From Bacteroidales bacterium (GTDB lineage: Bacteria > Bacteroidota > Bacteroidia > Bacteroidales > UBA10428), in contig DNTK01000284.1 of assembly GCA_003508755.1 (NCBI GenBank), positions 1 to 28,903 on the forward strand: a stretch of 28,903 nt of DNA, in the 5' to 3' direction. The notes beneath the pieces were generated by a model. The model saw only the letters and a list, made by a program, of their open reading frames with translations, had not been told where the DNA came from and did no database searches. The translations under genes were made by a program, and so were the position numbers. Below are positions 26,201-28,903 of this stretch, in pieces. The number at the start of each line of letters is the position of its first letter. The first letter of the stretch is position 1.

Positions 26201-27094
26201 TCCTGTTTCCGGCTGATAGATGTTTAATCCTGCTCCGCCTGTGCCAATCCATATATTCCCGGAGGCATCTTCATTAAATCTTCTGACAATTGAGTGGTTA
26301 AGGTGCTTTGAATCGGCTTTGCCGGATTTCAGTTGCAGGTATTGGCTGGTAATTTCATTTAATCGAAAAGCACCAGATTCATAAGTTCCAAACCATATTC
26401 CCCCTCGTCTATCCTGAAAAATATCCAATACATTCTCGCCACTCAAATAAGCACGCACGGTTGCTACTAAACCTGAGGATTTTTTTTTAAATTTCTGAAT
26501 TTTAAATGCTCCGGTTGTATGTGCAATCCAAATGGAGTTGTTTCTATCGATGTATAACTTAGCATCAGTTATAGATGGAATAAGTTTATTATTCTCGTCG
26601 ATTAATTTTACAGGCGAATAAGCAGCTGTTTCTTTATTAAAAAGATAAATTCCTTCATTAAATGTGCCAACTAAAAGGTTGCCTTTAAAAGAAACCAATG
26701 CTGTTACATTATTATTTTCTTGTGATATCCCATGTCTAATGGGGTAATTCACAAACCTTTCGTATTCACGCACATATTTACTTATTCCACCCTGATTTGT
26801 TCCTATCCATAAAGTTTTTTCCTCATCTTCAATTATAATATTTGCACGACCCAGACCAATGGAATTCGAATCATGTTCATCATGAAAATAATGCTTAATG
26901 GTATAGCCATCCCATTTATTTAGCCCATTATTTGTGCAAAACCAAAAAAATCCTTCGTAATCTTTTATGATACAGTTAACGGTACTTTGCGACAGCCCCT
27001 GCTCGTGTGTTAAATGATAAAACTTAAGCGAAGGAGAAGCACTGTAAGTAAGAAATGTTAAAAAAGTTAGAACAAAAGTAAGAAGTAACCTCAT
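23222..27094 (-). CDS. Hybrid sensor histidine kinase/response regulator with periplasmic beta-propeller and Y_Y_Y domain
   Basis: Signal peptide, many (I/L)WIGT.GGL propeller repeats, YEYRLKGFD..W..ATYTNIDPGSY, TM segment, coiled coil, H-box SHEIRTPMNAI, N-box NLLDNAFKFT, DTGIGI, GAGLGL and C-terminal REC LMDIKMPVMDG. Confidence 0.94.
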   Translation of the reverse strand: MRLLLTFVLTFLTFLTYSASPSLKFYHLTHEQGLSQSTVNCIIKDYEGFFWFCTNNGLNKWDGYTIKHYFHDEHDSNSIGLGRANIIIEDEEKTLWIGTNQGGISKYVREYERFVNYPIRHGISQENNNVTALVSFKGNLLVGTFNEGIYLFNKETAAYSPVKLIDENNKLIPSITDAKLYIDRNNSIWIAHTTGAFKIQKFKKKSSGLVATVRAYLSGENVLDIFQDRRGGIWFGTYESGAFRLNEITSQYLQLKSGKADSKHLNHSIVRRFNEDASGNIWIGTGGAGLNIYQPETGRIEYHTPQLGNKYALSSNIIYYIYADPDTNFWIGTYNGGVSYTNWYKQSFNHVRSFGSEGELNNNAILSFCETTDGKVWIGTDGGGINILNPETNRHAPIKHPLLSKAKVVTSMKTDSRGNIYIGTYRTGFFIYNLKTNKAKHYVKSMDNSVNSNDIWDIELSNDEKVVWLATLGGGLNKFIPSKDQFEYFLNDKNTKESLAEDYLSTLTVDSKNNLWIGTYHGGVCLLPGSKGNKFITFGKDSITGLTSNEIRVIFEDSNKRILIGVHDGGLNLFNPNTKTFTSYNRNQGLPGNTVQAILEDDFGYLWLSTNNGIAKLKFESDSIRVRNFNTIDGLQANEFNLHSALKCSSGVLYFGGINGYNAFHPADIIESKNTGDVVLTRMFIFDEEVLPGKKSSPIIKSLSYTDEVRLKHWQSTFTFEFALLDYNVPELNTYEYRLKGFDTEWMRTGSRRRATYTNIDPGSYSFEVRGINLHGISTENTVVLDIYLEPPFYQTPIFRLLVVISIVLLLLAIYRFRVRTLRIQGSLLKRMVDERTSELRSLNTVLETQNIEINQQSEELKKQKENLIEANTKLESSYHKIEHQNIELEKHRNNLEEIVRDRTNELEQAKRKAEESEQLKMAFLSNMSHEIRTPMNAIVGFASLLADEELRTQEKQEYIRQINMNSESLLILIDDILDLSKIEANQLLVKKSVFEVNAFINETYFNWELLKRRDNSKVGFKYHNQLSDKKIFVNSDELRLRQILNNLLDNAFKFTSQGQIELTVYRNGSDIVYTVSDTGIGIPEEDLGQIFNRFRKGEESGRKLYRGAGLGLTISNKLATMLDGRLWVESKKDMGSKFYLSVPIGEIAEAAIVEQDVKQIADNKNIDLSDLNILIAEDEETNYNYLRGILNKRGVKVSWAKNGEEAVRMVSVNDYNVVLMDIKMPVMDGLDATKKIKAMFPNQLIIAQTAFARPEEESEFRRVGFDDYISKPIKSNILVGIIAKHLTRD

Positions 27095-27177
27095 ACCACA
27101 ATTCTCTGGAAACTAGATTTGAATATACAAATTTTATTGTTAGTTCCAGTTAAAATCATGTGCCTATTCCATGCAAA

Positions 27178-27795
27178 TTAATAGGTCAAAGTTCCAGTTG
27201 ATTTTATTCTATCGGCAAGTTTGGTAAAATCGGCATGAGAATATCCTGCACCCTTAAAAACCACATCGGCAAGTTTCTTATTTGGAGCCACATAAATATC
27301 GTGCATGGGTCGCACAGTGGCCAGGTATTGGTTCACTATTGATTCAACTGTTCGCCCACGTTCTTCTCTGTCGCGCACCAGGCGCCGAATAAACCGAATA
27401 TCTGAGGGCGTGTCCATAAACACCTTAAGATCAAACAGTTCATCTGGTATTCCGATGTTGTACAAGAACAGGCCTTCGATTATCAGCAACTTATTTACTT
27501 GAAGACTTTTTGTTTCTTTTTTTCGACCATGGTTTTCGTAATCGTAAACCGGGACTTCTATTTTCCTGCCCTCTTTAAGGGCTTCTATATGTTCGATAAA
27601 AAATGTGATATCAAGACTATCAGGATGATCATAGTTAACCTTAGACAATTCTTCGACCATACCACTAAAGTTCTTATAATAATTATCGAGTGAAAGGATG
27701 CCTACCTCACAATCGAATAGTTTCGATAGTTTTTTTGCCAGTGTAGTCTTGCCACTTGCTGAACCACCGCATATCCCAACAATAAACAGACTCAA
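27178..27795 (-). CDS. udk: Uridine kinase
   Basis: Walker A GICGGSASGKTT, LDNYY, NYDHPDS, IIEGL, DIRFIRRLVRDREERGR and VRPMH. TTG start. Confidence 0.93.
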   Translation of the reverse strand: MSLFIVGICGGSASGKTTLAKKLSKLFDCEVGILSLDNYYKNFSGMVEELSKVNYDHPDSLDITFFIEHIEALKEGRKIEVPVYDYENHGRKKETKSLQVNKLLIIEGLFLYNIGIPDELFDLKVFMDTPSDIRFIRRLVRDREERGRTVESIVNQYLATVRPMHDIYVAPNKKLADVVFKGAGYSHADFTKLADRIKSTGTLTY

Positions 27796-27842
27796 TACCG
27801 AATATTTTAAATAATAAATGACTGTAAAGTAAAAAGAAAATA

Positions 27843-28903
27843 CTAATCAAGGTAGGTATTTATCCATTCTTTCACCTTTTTATCCTCCCTTTGCGTATCA
27901 TTTTTATGAAAAAATTCATTCGTGGGTGCATCGTAAACATAATCTTTAATATATTCCTTGTGGTTTGCACTCACATCAGCAATGGCATCAATTATGTACT
28001 CCGCTTCTTCATTTGTCATTACGGGATGAATAGACATCCGAATCCAACCCGGTTTCATAGACAAATCGCCATGATCAATCTGGTTGGTAATAATTTTAGA
28101 GGTATCTACATCAACCGCTAGTAAAAAATGGCCATAAGTACCGGCGCAAGAGCAACCACCGCGTGTTTGGATGCCATATTTGTCGTTAAGGAATTTTACC
28201 ACAAAATTATAATGTGCCTCATCAATATAGAAAGAGAAAATACCCAGACGCTCTTTTATGTTACTGGCAAGGATATGAAGATTGGGGATTTTTTCGAGTC
28301 CTTTCCAAATAAGATCGTTTAGTTCTTTTTCGCGTTTAAGCATATTTTCTACGCCCATTTCTTCTTTTAGCTTAATTGCCAGTGCAACCTTAATGGTCTG
28401 AAGAAATGCAGGGGTTCCTCCATCCTCACGCTGCTCAATATCATCGACATATTGATGACCTCCCCAGGGATTGGTCCATTCGACAGTACCTCCGCCGGGG
28501 CAATCCGGCACCTTGTTATGGTATAAAGCGCTGTCAAAAATTAATATTCCTGTTGTACCGGGTCCACCAAGAAACTTATGAGGCGAAAAAAAGATAGCAT
28601 CTAATTTGCGTTTTTCATTTCCCGGATGCATATCAATATCGACATATGGAGCCGATGCGGCAAAATCCACAAAGCATAAACCACCGTGTTCGTGCATAAC
28701 TTCGGCAATGTCGTAATACGGCGAAGCGACTCCTGTTACATTTGAATACGATGTAACAGCAGCTATTTTTGTTTTTCTGTTTGCGTACTTATGCAATAAT
28801 TTGTGCAATGCTTCAAGATCAACCAGCCCATTACCATCGGACGGAATAACTACAACATCTCCCAGGGTTTCAATCCAGGACGTTTGATTGGAATGATGCT
28901 CCA
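27843..28903 (-). CDS. Aminotransferase class V-fold PLP enzyme, cysteine desulfurase-like (5' end off window)
   Basis: The frame stays open to the window edge (EHHSNQTSW). SNVTG, VDFAASAPY, PLP-lysine motif FSPHKFLGGPG and RGGCSCAG. Confidence 0.88.
   Translation of the reverse strand, partial: EHHSNQTSWIETLGDVVVIPSDGNGLVDLEALHKLLHKYANRKTKIAAVTSYSNVTGVASPYYDIAEVMHEHGGLCFVDFAASAPYVDIDMHPGNEKRKLDAIFFSPHKFLGGPGTTGILIFDSALYHNKVPDCPGGGTVEWTNPWGGHQYVDDIEQREDGGTPAFLQTIKVALAIKLKEEMGVENMLKREKELNDLIWKGLEKIPNLHILASNIKERLGIFSFYIDEAHYNFVVKFLNDKYGIQTRGGCSCAGTYGHFLLAVDVDTSKIITNQIDHGDLSMKPGWIRMSIHPVMTNEEAEYIIDAIADVSANHKEYIKDYVYDAPTNEFFHKNDTQREDKKVKEWINTYLD

Noticed and set aside
131-28597. The many 60-160 aa ORFs in the track that overlap larger genes (e.g. 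720..980, 1719..2003, 7988..8362, 12932..13408, 20721..20996, 25839..26078)
   Set aside because: They are antisense or alternate-frame shadows of well-supported genes and have no recognisable motifs.
1-28903. Mobile elements, CRISPR arrays, defence systems, tRNA/rRNA and frameshifted pseudogenes
   Set aside because: No transposase, integrase, cas, repeat-spacer or structural RNA signature was recognised, and all identified genes appear full length apart from the two cut by the window edges.

Overview
A 28.9 kb, AT-rich chromosomal window from a Bacteroidota bacterium, most likely Bacteroidales/Marinilabiliales-like. Evidence for the lineage: TAnnTTTG -7 promoter boxes, A-rich Shine-Dalgarno-less start sites, a DAHP synthase-chorismate mutase fusion, DUF3078/DUF4197/GIN proteins and a beta-propeller hybrid kinase. 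Left to right: (1) a minus-strand aromatic amino acid operon pheA-DAHPS/CM-aroB-aroD-aroC (aroC truncated), preceded by an unannotated 19-aa Phe/Tyr-rich leader peptide with terminator and antiterminator, and with an internal promoter just before aroB; (2) a hypothetical membrane protein, an ABC-F ATPase and nth; (3) three uncharacterised exported proteins, one with an apparently degenerate zincin motif, then a DUF4197 lipoprotein; (4) amn and a UvrA paralogue; (5) an ECF sigma factor with a perfect SD, a small downstream ORF and an M3 peptidase lipoprotein; (6) a 470-bp structured intergenic region; (7) a minus-strand run of DUF3078 barrel, mscS, hypothetical, TetR with operator, GIN lipoprotein, propeller hybrid histidine kinase without AraC domain, udk and a truncated class V PLP enzyme. 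No rRNA, tRNA, CRISPR array, transposase or integrase was recognised. Family calls come from motif recognition by eye, not database searches.
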